A DNA stretch of 64,000 nucleotides, taken from the NCBI GenBank assembly GCA_963782525.1, contig CAWAKC010000001.1, forward strand, positions 96,001 through 160,000. Direction: 5' to 3'. The translations under genes were made by a program, and so were the position numbers. Below, in pieces: positions 53,746-63,872 of the stretch. Source of the stretch: Candidatus Bathyarchaeota archaeon. GTDB taxonomy: Archaea > Thermoproteota > Bathyarchaeia > Bathyarchaeales > Bathycorpusculaceae. The notes beneath the pieces are model-generated. The model was not told the DNA's origin. It saw only the letters and a list, made by a program, of their open reading frames with translations, and ran no database searches. How positions within the stretch are numbered: position 1 is the first letter of the stretch; each line of letters starts with the position of its first letter.

Positions 53746-54270
53746 CTAACGGATAGATTGTTTTTCTATTATATACATTAACGCACGAATGCCTTTTAGT
53801 ATCTTGTGGGGAGAAGGCGGGTTGCCTAAAATTTTGAGGTCAACATGGAAAATTTTGTCTGCGCCACCCAGAACAGCGTACGAATCGTTGAGGATTCCGC
53901 ATCCGCAAGCGTCATCGCCTACTGCAATTACGAATTTTGGCGCGGGCATGGCTTCGTAAGTTTTCTTGGCTGCTATCTCCATGTTGCGTGTTATGGCGCC
54001 TGTAACTATGAGGACGTCAGCATGTCGGGGGGAAGCGACGAAGGATATGCCGAAGCGTTCAACATCGCAGTATGGGGTTGAGAGGTTATTGAGTTCAATT
54101 TCCGTTGAATTGTCGCTGCCTGCATCTAGTTCACGGATGGCTAAGCTTCCGCCAAAAATCTTGTCCACTTTTTCCTTGATTTGCACACCTATAGCTTCGA
54201 ATTCCGAATCGCTAAACTGGAATTGGTCGGTGGTCGGTTTTTTGAAGACGTTAGAGATTGCTTTTGCCAT
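53746..54270 (-). CDS. NuoB/HyfI-like small subunit (EhrS) lacking the canonical Fe-S cysteines
   Basis: DVERFGISFVASPRHAD and TYEAMPAPKFVIAVG; GSDNSTE, GDDA and GNPP replace GSCNGCE, GDCA and GCPP. Confidence 0.9.
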   Translation of the reverse strand: MAKAISNVFKKPTTDQFQFSDSEFEAIGVQIKEKVDKIFGGSLAIRELDAGSDNSTEIELNNLSTPYCDVERFGISFVASPRHADVLIVTGAITRNMEIAAKKTYEAMPAPKFVIAVGDDACGCGILNDSYAVLGGADKIFHVDLKILGNPPSPHKILKGIRALMYIIEKQSIR

Positions 54271-54274
54271 AATA

Positions 54275-55834
54275 TCACATATCCGTTCCTGCATATGAGA
54301 GGTTCATGCTCTTGTTGATTAATGGAAAATCTGGAACAATATTTCCAAGGACGGCATGCTCCATGGCTTGCCAGTTGCAGAAAGAAGCCGTCCGCACCTT
54401 GTAGCGGTAGATTAAGCCTTCTTTGATTTGGACCCAATGAACGTTCTGTCCCCGAGGTGCCTCCACAAGCGACAAAGCATATCCGTCTTTGATTTGGCAA
54501 GGCACCGAAATGTCTCCACTTACAAATTCATTGAGTAATCGCTGAATTATTTGTACTGAATCCCGCACTTCTTTAGCTTTAAGGTTGAATCGGGCAAGAA
54601 CATCACCGTTTGCCTGAGTTCTGCCTTTAAGTTTAAGCTCTGGGTACAAACCATACGGATGGGTTATTCGTGTATCGCACATTTTTCCCGAAGCCCTTGC
54701 AACGGGACCTGTAATGTGGAGGGGTTCAAGGATTTCCGCTCTAACTTTGCCCGTAGTCTCGAACCGGTCAACGACCGAAAAGTAGGTGCTGTCGATTCCT
54801 GTGGCATCGTTGAGCCTCTCCGGGAAAGATAAAAGATAATTTGAGAGGTTTTTGAGTGCCCCTTCTGGAACATCCTTGGTTAATCCACCAACTACTACGA
54901 TGCCTTTCATGAATCTGGAACCAGTCAAAGCGTCGTTTTGCCTAAAAATTTCTTCTCTAAGGATGAAGAATGGGCTGGCACCAACGGGGTAGGCTACATC
55001 GACGCACATACCTGCCAAGTCTCCAAGATGCGAATAAATCCGTTCAAGCTCAAACAGTATAGTCCTAAGTTGTAGGGCTCGTTTTGGCACTTCTGAACCG
55101 CAGATTTTTTCAACCGCATTACAGTAGCCAACGGCGTTAGCGACGGTTTCGTCCCCACTAATAGTTTCAGCGATTCGAACGCAGTCTTGAGGTTTTACAC
55201 CTTCCGCAAGCTTCTCCAATCCGCGGTGCTTGTAGAAAAGCCTCACTTCCAGATTAAAAATGGTCTCACCGATAACGCTAAATCTGAAGTGACCAGGCTC
55301 TATAATTCCAGCGTGAACTGGCCCTACTGGAATCTGGTAGACTCCTTCGCCTTCAACCTGCTTGAAATAGTATTCGTTTTGGTCGCCGGCCGTTGAGGTT
55401 TCTATTTTGCCATTTTTGAATGATTTTAAGAGCGGATGGAAGCCTGACGGGTAAGTCTCATGCAGGAACAGTCTTCTTGTGTCGAAGGCTCCTTGGAATT
55501 CTATTCCGAAGCCGTCGGTGATTTCCCGTTCGTACCAACATGCGGATGGGTAAGTTTTAGCGATAGAAACCGCGTGATTATCGGTTAGAGTAGATTGCAG
55601 GACCAGGATTTGCTTGAAACCGGGAATTTCGAACGTATAGAATAGGGTGAATCCTTTTTCAGCGAAATCTTCAACGCAGAATAGGCTTATGAGTTCAAAC
55701 CTGTTTTCGTCGAAGATGCCGATGGCTTTTTGTAAGTCGATTATGTTGAGGGACAAGTATACGTCGTTGTTTAAGCCTTCAGTTAAGGTGAGTTTTTGGC
55801 CAGAAATTGTTTCGAGTACTTCTTTGAGGTTCAT
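54275..55834 (-). CDS. HycE/HyfG-like NuoC+D fusion large subunit without NiFe motifs (EhrL)
   Basis: WYEREI, GPVHAGIIEPGHFRF, HRGLEK and EAPRG motifs; ETISGDE and NKSMNLSY in place of the CxxC motifs. Confidence 0.92.
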   Translation of the reverse strand: MNLKEVLETISGQKLTLTEGLNNDVYLSLNIIDLQKAIGIFDENRFELISLFCVEDFAEKGFTLFYTFEIPGFKQILVLQSTLTDNHAVSIAKTYPSACWYEREITDGFGIEFQGAFDTRRLFLHETYPSGFHPLLKSFKNGKIETSTAGDQNEYYFKQVEGEGVYQIPVGPVHAGIIEPGHFRFSVIGETIFNLEVRLFYKHRGLEKLAEGVKPQDCVRIAETISGDETVANAVGYCNAVEKICGSEVPKRALQLRTILFELERIYSHLGDLAGMCVDVAYPVGASPFFILREEIFRQNDALTGSRFMKGIVVVGGLTKDVPEGALKNLSNYLLSFPERLNDATGIDSTYFSVVDRFETTGKVRAEILEPLHITGPVARASGKMCDTRITHPYGLYPELKLKGRTQANGDVLARFNLKAKEVRDSVQIIQRLLNEFVSGDISVPCQIKDGYALSLVEAPRGQNVHWVQIKEGLIYRYKVRTASFCNWQAMEHAVLGNIVPDFPLINKSMNLSYAGTDM

Positions 55835-55839
55835 TTATT

Positions 55840-57315
55840 TCACCCTATTTTTAATTCTGACACGATGCTGTTGAGCAAGTTGGTTAGTTGCTGTGGGAAG
55901 AATACGCCCAAAGCAAAAACAGTGACCAAAAGGATTACAATTGGGATTTTCATGCCCAACGAAGCTTCATAACGCTTCACCCCTGGTGAATCTTCTTCTT
56001 TTTTGGACAGCAACTTAATCATAAAAATCCCGAATGCGCCAGCCACAAAAAGGAAAACTATCAGCAAACCCAAAAGCAAAAAAGGCGACAACTTGGTCGA
56101 TTCCAAAAGAATTGAAAGTTTGGGCAGAAAAATCGCTGATAGGGGCATGCCGATTATTGCTATTGTACCGAGTATCAGGCTCCATGCGGCGAAGGGTTGG
56201 AATTTGAAGACGTTTCTTATATGTTCCATTCGGACACTTTTATACTGATGGTGAAGGATACCTGCAGATAAGAAAAGGGAAGCCTTCGTGAAAGCATGTG
56301 CCAAAGTATAGAAAAGTAACCAGAACAACGCCAAAGGTGTTCCTATGCCTAACCCAACGAGAAGAAAACCCATGTTTTCCACGGTTGAGTAGCCGATGAG
56401 TTTCTTTAGGTTCACCTGGTTGAGCATTGTTAACGCTGCAATAACCATGCTTATCAAGCCAAAACCGATCAGGAACCAAGAAATTTTTGGCAACTCAGAG
56501 GTTTGGGATGCAATCGCGTAAACCCTGATAATGCCGTAGATGCCTACGCTTGTAACGCATCCTGATAGGATGGCGCTGACTGGGGCAGGAGCTTTAGAGT
56601 GCGCGCTGGGTAGCCAAGCGTGAAAAGGAACGATTCCTGATTTTGCAGCGAAGCCCACAAACGTGAAGATAAAGGCTGCAAACATTATTGCAGGTGACAG
56701 GGTGCTGGCGATTGACATTAATGAGCTCCAGTTGAGGGTGCCTGCACCAAAATTGTTTTCGGTTAGGGTAAAGATGAGTATTAAACCGATGAAAGAGAAG
56801 AGCATACAGGTGGAGGTTATGAAGACATACTTTAGAGTGGCTCCAATGTTTTTGGGCGCATTTAGGATGACTATGAGGACAGCTGAAAACGCGGTCGTTA
56901 ATTCTGCGAGAATCCAGAAGAGCGCAAGGTTGTCAGCAAAGAACGCGTATGTTATTGCCATTAAGAGCAGGTTGAAGGCGACGTAGAAGAGTTTGAGGCT
57001 GCTACGGTCCATCTCATGGATTTCGATGCTACCCTCAATGTAGCCCCTTGAATAAAGGGCTGCAAGCAGGAACAGGAACGCTGAAATCAAAATTTCGTAG
57101 AGGCTAAGATGGTCAACTAAGAAGTAGTTGCCCCCCAAAGAGTAGGTTGGTATTGCGGCGTAGACGAGGGTGAAGAGTGTGAGGACAAGGTAGGATGCTG
57201 GAAGTATGATTGATAAGATGTTCATGGTGCCGTGTGACTTAGAAACCACCGTTAGCAACAAGACCGCAACACCAACAAAGGCGTATATGGCTAATATCAG
57301 GTTTAATGATATCAT
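55840..57315 (-). CDS. hyfF: HyfF-like antiporter-type membrane subunit
   Basis: WILAELTT, KSGIVPFHAWLP, YSTVENMG and HAFTKASLF motifs. Confidence 0.88.
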   Translation of the reverse strand: MISLNLILAIYAFVGVAVLLLTVVSKSHGTMNILSIILPASYLVLTLFTLVYAAIPTYSLGGNYFLVDHLSLYEILISAFLFLLAALYSRGYIEGSIEIHEMDRSSLKLFYVAFNLLLMAITYAFFADNLALFWILAELTTAFSAVLIVILNAPKNIGATLKYVFITSTCMLFSFIGLILIFTLTENNFGAGTLNWSSLMSIASTLSPAIMFAAFIFTFVGFAAKSGIVPFHAWLPSAHSKAPAPVSAILSGCVTSVGIYGIIRVYAIASQTSELPKISWFLIGFGLISMVIAALTMLNQVNLKKLIGYSTVENMGFLLVGLGIGTPLALFWLLFYTLAHAFTKASLFLSAGILHHQYKSVRMEHIRNVFKFQPFAAWSLILGTIAIIGMPLSAIFLPKLSILLESTKLSPFLLLGLLIVFLFVAGAFGIFMIKLLSKKEEDSPGVKRYEASLGMKIPIVILLVTVFALGVFFPQQLTNLLNSIVSELKIG

Positions 57316-58031
57316 ATTTGTTCAGCCTCCAAATCCTTGATTTCCTCAGAAGTCTTTTTCTGTGAATCATGAAAAGGGTTGAGTCTTGCATGGAACTCTT
57401 CGATTGTTGAGTCGATGCCGAAAGCCAAGATAGTAGCGATAAGCGTTAACATTATCAAATCCACGATGATTAGAACCTCAATCAGCAGGGGAAGCTCAGT
57501 TAGGAAAAGGCTGAAGAGAACAACGCCGTTTTCCATCGTTAAGTAGCCAACGATGTTGGTTAGAGTTTGTTTTCTTGTGAAAATTACAATCATACCCATG
57601 AACACTATGGACATCCCGACGGTGGCGCCGAGAAAGAAGAGATTTGAATTAAAACGGTTCAACTCTGAGAGGAGACTGGAGAAGGCAAAGTAAACAAACA
57701 GTACGATAACTATACTGGCGAGCAACGCTGTTACGGGGCTGAGGAAATGGAACTTGACATCCCTTTTTATGTTAAGCCGCTTCTGCACGACTCCCATGAA
57801 ATGAGGAATAATCAACACTTTACTTACCAAAATAATGATTGCAAGGATCAGCAACGTTATGCTGCCTGTTTCGACAAAATACAGCAGCGCCATCGCTGCT
57901 AACAGCAAAGACTGGAAAGCATACGTCTTTATGAGGGAACGGATATCGCGTTTCATAATTATGACAGCTGCAGTTGCTAGAATCAGAACAATTAGGATTT
58001 GTGCAAGGTTTCCGGTTGAAGCGATTATCAT
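57312..58031 (-). CDS. hyfE: HyfE-like membrane subunit
   Basis: YAFQSLLL, KVLIIP and GYLTMENG motifs. Confidence 0.85.
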   Translation of the reverse strand: MIIASTGNLAQILIVLILATAAVIIMKRDIRSLIKTYAFQSLLLAAMALLYFVETGSITLLILAIIILVSKVLIIPHFMGVVQKRLNIKRDVKFHFLSPVTALLASIVIVLFVYFAFSSLLSELNRFNSNLFFLGATVGMSIVFMGMIVIFTRKQTLTNIVGYLTMENGVVLFSLFLTELPLLIEVLIIVDLIMLTLIATILAFGIDSTIEEFHARLNPFHDSQKKTSEEIKDLEAEQI

Positions 58032-58984
58032 GCAAACACCTCAATAATTAAGGTTATAATCGAGAGGAAAAGTGCGACTGCAAAAAGCCCTGGAAGACGG
58101 AATAAGCGGGATTTTGCGCATGAGGACTCAAATAACCCGATGATAATAGCGAGCACGATGGCTTTGAGAATAAAGGCGCCAAGCGAAATCAGGATTGGAA
58201 GAGCCGAGAAATCTGATGTTAATCCCCATGGAACAAGAATGTTGATGAGAATTCCCATGAGTAGTAGCTGTTTCATTGCGCTCGACATTTCCATCATAGC
58301 CAGGTTCTTTCCTGATTGCTCAAGAATCATGGCTTCATGAATCATTGTTAATTCGAGGTGGGTTTCTGGGTTATCCACGGGAACTCTGGCGGATTCTACA
58401 ATAATGACGATGAAGATCGAGATTGATACCAGGATTAGAACAGGATTAACCAGAATATTTGAGGCTAAGGCACCTCTGAACATGTCGGGCAGGTTTATGG
58501 TTTTGAAAGCAAACGCAAGGGCGGCAAAGACGACTATTATTACGGGTTCGATTAGTGCGGATATTGCCATTTCTCGGCTGCTTCCCATGCCGCCAAACGT
58601 GCTGCCCGCGTCAAGTCCGGAGAGTGCCATGAAAAACTTTGCCATCGCCAGCAAGTAGAGGAAGAGGATTATGTTTCCCACTAAATCGTTGGGTTGCGGT
58701 ATGACGACGAGCGGAACGAAAAGGCTTGCGACCAAAAGTGCTGCAATGTTTACAAGAGGTGTAATGCGCATAATCCATGACGAATTTGTAGAGTAGACGG
58801 TTTCTTTTTTGAGCAGCTTAGCCAAGTTGCGGTAAGTCTGGAGAATAGGTGGACCACGCCTTTTCTGAGCATGTGCTTTCACTATTTTTATTAAACTAAT
58901 GAATAAAGGCGAGATTAACAGGACAAAGAGCATGTTTAGGATGCCGTATGCGATTAGTGTCAAGTAATCCATTATGCAAACCAC
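58028..58984 (-). CDS. hyfC: HyfC/NuoH-like membrane subunit
   Basis: RRGPPILQ, GGMGSSRE and RVPVDNPETHLELTMIHEAM motifs. Confidence 0.9.
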   Translation of the reverse strand: MVCIMDYLTLIAYGILNMLFVLLISPLFISLIKIVKAHAQKRRGPPILQTYRNLAKLLKKETVYSTNSSWIMRITPLVNIAALLVASLFVPLVVIPQPNDLVGNIILFLYLLAMAKFFMALSGLDAGSTFGGMGSSREMAISALIEPVIIVVFAALAFAFKTINLPDMFRGALASNILVNPVLILVSISIFIVIIVESARVPVDNPETHLELTMIHEAMILEQSGKNLAMMEMSSAMKQLLLMGILINILVPWGLTSDFSALPILISLGAFILKAIVLAIIIGLFESSCAKSRLFRLPGLFAVALFLSIITLIIEVFA

Positions 58985-60912
58985 CAGATTATCAGTAGAA
59001 ATACAACTATAGTTACAAAGGCGTACGCGATGTGCAAGTCAGCGTCACCCCGCTGGACGTTGTTCACTTTTAGGGATATTTTTCTGATAATGGCTGCGGC
59101 GGGCAGGTAGATGCGCTCTTCGAAGAAATTTATCAAGTGAATTTCTGCTTTTCCATCCTTGAAAATTACGTTTTTATCGTCGTAGTAGTTTCGTTCGGAT
59201 TTCTTTTGGGTTCGGAAAATCGATTTTAGGATGGTGACTATTGGTTCGGAGAATCCTGAAGCGGTGTACTCCATCTTGGCTGTTTGGGTTGGGAATCCGC
59301 AACCCCATGTTTCAGCGATTCGTTCCCGCCTGTTAGCAACCTCACGCATGGCAATGAATGTAAACACATAGAAGCCTCCTAGTATTAACCCAATGAAGAG
59401 CATGTTTGGCAGCGGGAACGAGAAACCCAAAACACTGAAAAGCTGCAGAGAGAAAACTCCCAACGCAATACATAAAGCGGCTAGTATGGCTGGTCCAATA
59501 ATCATGAGTTTAGGTGATTCCTTAGCCATCTTTGCCTCGTTTGAGCGCGGCAATGCAAGGAAAGTTATCCCAAATGCCTTTACAAAACACGCCGCCGCAA
59601 GTGCACTTGTTAGAGCAAACACCGCCAATGAAGCAATCAAAATCACTTCAAGGAATGGGTTGGCTAAAGCTGCAGATTGAAAGAAGGCTTGAAAAATCAT
59701 GAGTTCACTTACGAACCCATTAAAAGGCGGCAACGCCGAAATTGAGACGGCACCGATTAAGAAAAGTAGGGCGGTTTTGGGCATACGCTTGATTAAGCCA
59801 CCCATTTCCTCGATGTTGCGTGTACCAGTAGCGTTGACTATGCTGCCGCTGGTCATGAAGAGCAGGCTTTTGAAGATGGCGTGGTTTAGGGTGTGGAATA
59901 GGGCACCTGCGAGGGCAAGAAATGCGATGGCTTCTAGCCCAGCGAGCGAGAAGATTACGAATAGTCCGACGCCGATTAAGATGATGCCGATGTTTTCGAT
60001 GCTGTGATAGGCGAGTAAACGTTTGATATCATGTTCTTTTAGAGCATAGATTACACCTAGTACCGCCGAGGTTGTTCCTGCAGCGAGGATTAGGATGCCC
60101 CACCAAGTTTGCATCGGCAAAAGCAATATAAAGCGCACTAAGCCGTAAATGGCGACTTTTATCATAACTCCTGACATAAGTGCGGATATGTTGGAAGGGC
60201 TTGCGGGATGGGCGTGTGGCAGCCATTTGTGGAAGGGTATGATTCCTGCTTTTATGCCGAAGCCCAAGAACAGAAATACAAATGCTATTGAAGTGATTAC
60301 GGGGTCTGCCCGTATCTGCCCCATATTGAAGGTGCCGGTCACAACGTAGATGAAGAGGAATGCGAAAAGAAGGAAAAGCGTACTTAAGTGGGTCATTATG
60401 AAGTAGAACATGCCTGCTTTCTGGGTGTCCTTTTTCTCAAACTCGACCATCACAAGTAAAAATGAGGAGAGCGCCATGATTTCCCAGAAAAACAGGAACG
60501 AAAACATGGAAAATGATGCGACAACTAGAACCATGGAGACGATAAAGATGTTCATGAAGGACACAATCAGATTTTTCCTGCCCTCGTGCTCAGTGTGCTC
60601 AACATAAGAAAACGAATAAATCGCCACTGCAACCGAAACAATCGCGACTAATACGAGAAAGAACGCCGCTAACCTATCGACAAAGAATGAGAACTGAAAA
60701 GAGGGCACCATCTGGTAGGCGAGGAGCGAAAAACTTTTGTTAGAGAGGATTATTTCCAAGGCAAAAGCCAAGATGGCGACACCAGCGATACAGGTGAATA
60801 TCAGAGAAGCCTGTCTTGGAGTTTTGCTGTTTGTCATTTTTGAGGCTAAAAGAGGCAAAAGGATTGCTACAAGAAATGAAGCTAAGCCTAACGGAAACAA
60901 GATTTCGAGCAT
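58972..60912 (-). CDS. hyfB: HyfB-like antiporter-type membrane subunit
   Basis: FWEIM, KAGIIPFHKWLP, LAYHSIENIG, NHAIFKSLLF, PPFNGFVSE and TWGCG motifs. Confidence 0.9.
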   Translation of the reverse strand: MLEILFPLGLASFLVAILLPLLASKMTNSKTPRQASLIFTCIAGVAILAFALEIILSNKSFSLLAYQMVPSFQFSFFVDRLAAFFLVLVAIVSVAVAIYSFSYVEHTEHEGRKNLIVSFMNIFIVSMVLVVASFSMFSFLFFWEIMALSSFLLVMVEFEKKDTQKAGMFYFIMTHLSTLFLLFAFLFIYVVTGTFNMGQIRADPVITSIAFVFLFLGFGIKAGIIPFHKWLPHAHPASPSNISALMSGVMIKVAIYGLVRFILLLPMQTWWGILILAAGTTSAVLGVIYALKEHDIKRLLAYHSIENIGIILIGVGLFVIFSLAGLEAIAFLALAGALFHTLNHAIFKSLLFMTSGSIVNATGTRNIEEMGGLIKRMPKTALLFLIGAVSISALPPFNGFVSELMIFQAFFQSAALANPFLEVILIASLAVFALTSALAAACFVKAFGITFLALPRSNEAKMAKESPKLMIIGPAILAALCIALGVFSLQLFSVLGFSFPLPNMLFIGLILGGFYVFTFIAMREVANRRERIAETWGCGFPTQTAKMEYTASGFSEPIVTILKSIFRTQKKSERNYYDDKNVIFKDGKAEIHLINFFEERIYLPAAAIIRKISLKVNNVQRGDADLHIAYAFVTIVVFLLIIWWFA

Positions 60913-61335
60913 AAAGTGCCTCTATGTTGAAGAATTAACCCATGGCACCGTCTGACTGAGCGCCTCGATGAAACCGCCTGAAAAAGATAGCCAAATAGTC
61001 AGTTTTGGTATTAGTCGGGTTCTCATGTTAAGTCTATCGCCCACCACAACCATATAGAAAAGCTTTTTGGCGCTGAATCGACAGAAAACCAAGGGATGAT
61101 TAAATGTGCAAGTGAACACCATTTTATAGCGAAAAATAACAACCAACATGCTGTCGTAATACTATTAAGATAAACGATTAGAAAATATACTCCGCAATGA
61201 GAAAATGTTTAATATCAATCAAACAAAAATAAGCCCGCAAAAACTCCAATCAATTTGCTCACCGGGATGCCAAGTAGAACAAGCGTAGTTTAGAGCCAAT
61301 TGGGCACAAACTAAATACTTCGATAGCCATACGTT

Positions 61336-62211
61336 TTGTCTATGGGTTACCAACCTCGAAAAACATCACCTAAGGGCGCAATTCACGGGTACAAAAAGCC
61401 TCTGCGGGAAAGAAGGAAAGATAGAAAACGGGTTCGCAAAGGACTTGTTCAACCGTTACCCGAAGAAAAGCATGTTCCATCTGAGCGGGAAATTGTAGGC
61501 GTTACCCTCAAACGACTGCACACTTTAGGCATCCAAAAGTTTGGGTCGTCACCCTTCAGCGAACACTTCGACCGATGGCTAATTAACGTAACGTCTGTTC
61601 TGGAAGAGTTTGAGTCACACCCTGCCATGGGAGTTGACGATGAATTTATTCAGGAGCGCTCACAAGCACTCGCCACCATTAAGCAGCAACTGGATAAATT
61701 AAGCCGTAATGAATCTACGCTTGACCAAGAATTAAAAAACCTCTCTGACCAGAGAACCCGCCTCAAGCAAATCAACTCCGAATACTCAACTTCAGCAGGG
61801 ATTATTAGAGGTCAAAGAAACCGTGAAATCAAACGCCTCAATGCTTCAATTAATCTTCTAAAAAAGGAACAGGATGAAGTGATCCGCATGAAAACCGGAT
61901 TTTTCCACGGCATCTCCAAAAAAGATAGGGAACAAAAAGAAGGTGCAATAGCGCAAGAAATAAATGATAAGCAAACAGAGCTGGAATTAGTTATGCTGGA
62001 TTTTAGCGCTAAACTTAAAGAACTCAAAGAAGAATACGATACAAAAAGGGAGCCGGTGCTTGAAGAAATAAAAAAATTTCGCAGAACAATCCAAACCCTC
62101 GAGATGGACTGTTCCTTAGAGGAGCGATGGTTTGGCTGTGAAGCCATCATAGACACCGTAAACTCATTTCTTCTGAGAAAATCAACCCAACCCAAGGGAG
62201 ATCTGAACTAA
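61336..62211 (+). CDS. Hypothetical coiled-coil protein
   Basis: Basic N-terminus, QKFGSSPFSEHF, long E/K/L heptad region. Confidence 0.7.
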   Translation: MSMGYQPRKTSPKGAIHGYKKPLRERRKDRKRVRKGLVQPLPEEKHVPSEREIVGVTLKRLHTLGIQKFGSSPFSEHFDRWLINVTSVLEEFESHPAMGVDDEFIQERSQALATIKQQLDKLSRNESTLDQELKNLSDQRTRLKQINSEYSTSAGIIRGQRNREIKRLNASINLLKKEQDEVIRMKTGFFHGISKKDREQKEGAIAQEINDKQTELELVMLDFSAKLKELKEEYDTKREPVLEEIKKFRRTIQTLEMDCSLEERWFGCEAIIDTVNSFLLRKSTQPKGDLN

Positions 62212-62684
62212 AAATCCTCTTTTACTAAGCGATAGAAATACCAATCCTTTAAGCATTTGGCTTTGTTTTTTTCATAGAATTTCTGCGCTGACTTGTTCCA
62301 TGTTAGAACGGTAAACTCTATTCTGCCGCATCCTTCCCGTTTAGCTGTAGCTTTTATGAAGTCGAACATTTTTTCGCCTACCCCATTTCGTCTGAACTCT
62401 TCAAGGACGTAGATGTCTTCGAGGAAGAGTGTTGGCAATGCGAGGAAGCTTGAATAGGTGAAGAAGAATATGATGTATGAAACGTACCTGTCGTCGACTT
62501 TTCCTATGAACGCTTGATACTTGGGCTTGTCAGATAAACAGTCCCTCCGCAACCTCTGTTTTGCCTCTACATTAGGCGGGGATAGCTTCTCGTACTCAGC
62601 AAGCTTTGCGATTAAACCCAGAAAATCATCGAATGTTTTTTCATCGACTTTTTCGATAACTATCGAGGATTCTTCTTTGTGCAT
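62208..62684 (-). CDS. GNAT N-acetyltransferase (diamine/SSAT-like)
   Basis: LAEYEKL, LFLEDIYV...RRNGVG and VLTWNKSAQKFY motifs. Confidence 0.9.
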   Translation of the reverse strand: MHKEESSIVIEKVDEKTFDDFLGLIAKLAEYEKLSPPNVEAKQRLRRDCLSDKPKYQAFIGKVDDRYVSYIIFFFTYSSFLALPTLFLEDIYVLEEFRRNGVGEKMFDFIKATAKREGCGRIEFTVLTWNKSAQKFYEKNKAKCLKDWYFYRLVKEDF

Positions 62685-62823
62685 GAAATGTATTGGTGAC
62701 CTTGAGATTAAAAGTACTTACTATAGAGAAATGAAATTTTGTTGTTTAAAAGCTCCATCAGATAATTTTTGGTTCCTTTTAATAAGTTAAAGTTATAAAT
62801 AATTACTTACCAAAAAGGTAACC

Positions 62824-63042
62824 ATGAAGAATTCTGAATGCACAATCTACATCATGCTCAAAGAAAAATGGATACAGAAATTCAGAAAAGAAGCAGATGG
62901 CTGGAAAGAATATAGCCGAAACGGCACCATTCGCCCATGCACAGCAGAACAATTCATCTCTCATATCCTTCCACTGTTGGCGGGAATAAAAGGACCAAAC
63001 GTAACGGTCAAGGCTGAACCTGATGAGAAGAAGAAAACTTAG
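62824..63042 (+). CDS. Small hypothetical protein
   Basis: ATG about 25 nt after TTATAAAT; globular-looking sequence. Confidence 0.55.
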   Translation: MKNSECTIYIMLKEKWIQKFRKEADGWKEYSRNGTIRPCTAEQFISHILPLLAGIKGPNVTVKAEPDEKKKT

Positions 63043-63164
63043 GTAAACTTGGAATTTGATGTTAAAGCGGAGCGGTTAAGCGGTTGTGGTTGCGCTTATG
63101 CAGTCACAGAGTCTTAAAGGCACGTTTTTACAAAATAAGAATGGTGTTTTAATTGGAAAAAACA

Positions 63165-63434
63165 ATGATGAAATATCAAGTTTTAATCAAAACGATTTCA
63201 GGAAGGGGCGGCGAGTTCTGGGAAGCGTTCCAAAGGATGCCTACAGAACCAATGAAAGGAGTAATGATCGAGTCCTCATGGAGCCTTTACGGATACTGGG
63301 ATTTTGTCATCTTCTTCAAAGCCGATAGCAACGAAAACAGCCTTCACTTCGTCGGCGAAGTCTTGAGAGCAATTCCGGGCATAGCCGATACCAGCACATC
63401 GCCGATGACCATTCTCAAAGAACACAAAATGTAA
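63165..63434 (+). CDS. GYD/Lrp-C-terminal-like ferredoxin-fold small protein
   Basis: LYGYWDFVIFF and LRAIPGIADTST motifs. Confidence 0.65.
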   Translation: MMKYQVLIKTISGRGGEFWEAFQRMPTEPMKGVMIESSWSLYGYWDFVIFFKADSNENSLHFVGEVLRAIPGIADTSTSPMTILKEHKM

Positions 63435-63872
63435 AAGGCAACAGTTTTCGCTGTTGTTCTTCCTTTCTTTTCTTTTGAATACAAGATATCGCCTTCGTTT
63501 CTCTTTTTCAACCAAGAATATGTTAGAACAGTTTTCTAAACAAAGTTAAGTTGTTTTTTCTCAAGCTAGCAAATAAGTAATTATCCCTGAAGCCGAAATG
63601 GTTAAAATATTAACCTTTTAGATTACGTAATACGCTTTCAGTTTTTCTAACGCTGTTTCCATTCCTTTTTCCCTTTATTTTTTGTCTGGTTTTCTTTTTT
63701 AGGTTCATTCTTTGCTTTGTTTTTCGCCTTGTTTTTTATTTTCGTCACCCTCCTAACTCTATTCACTATTCAATTGTCAACTCACGCTTATTCGGTTTGC
63801 CTTTCATGAAGCCAACAAAGCAGGTTTTGTTGCGTTAGATTTCACAGCAGGAACTATTATAAGAAAACATAG

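Noticed and set aside
53746-60912. Call as a true group 4 [NiFe]-hydrogenase or formate hydrogenlyase
   Set aside because: The large subunit has no CxxC motifs, and no maturation or fdh genes are nearby.
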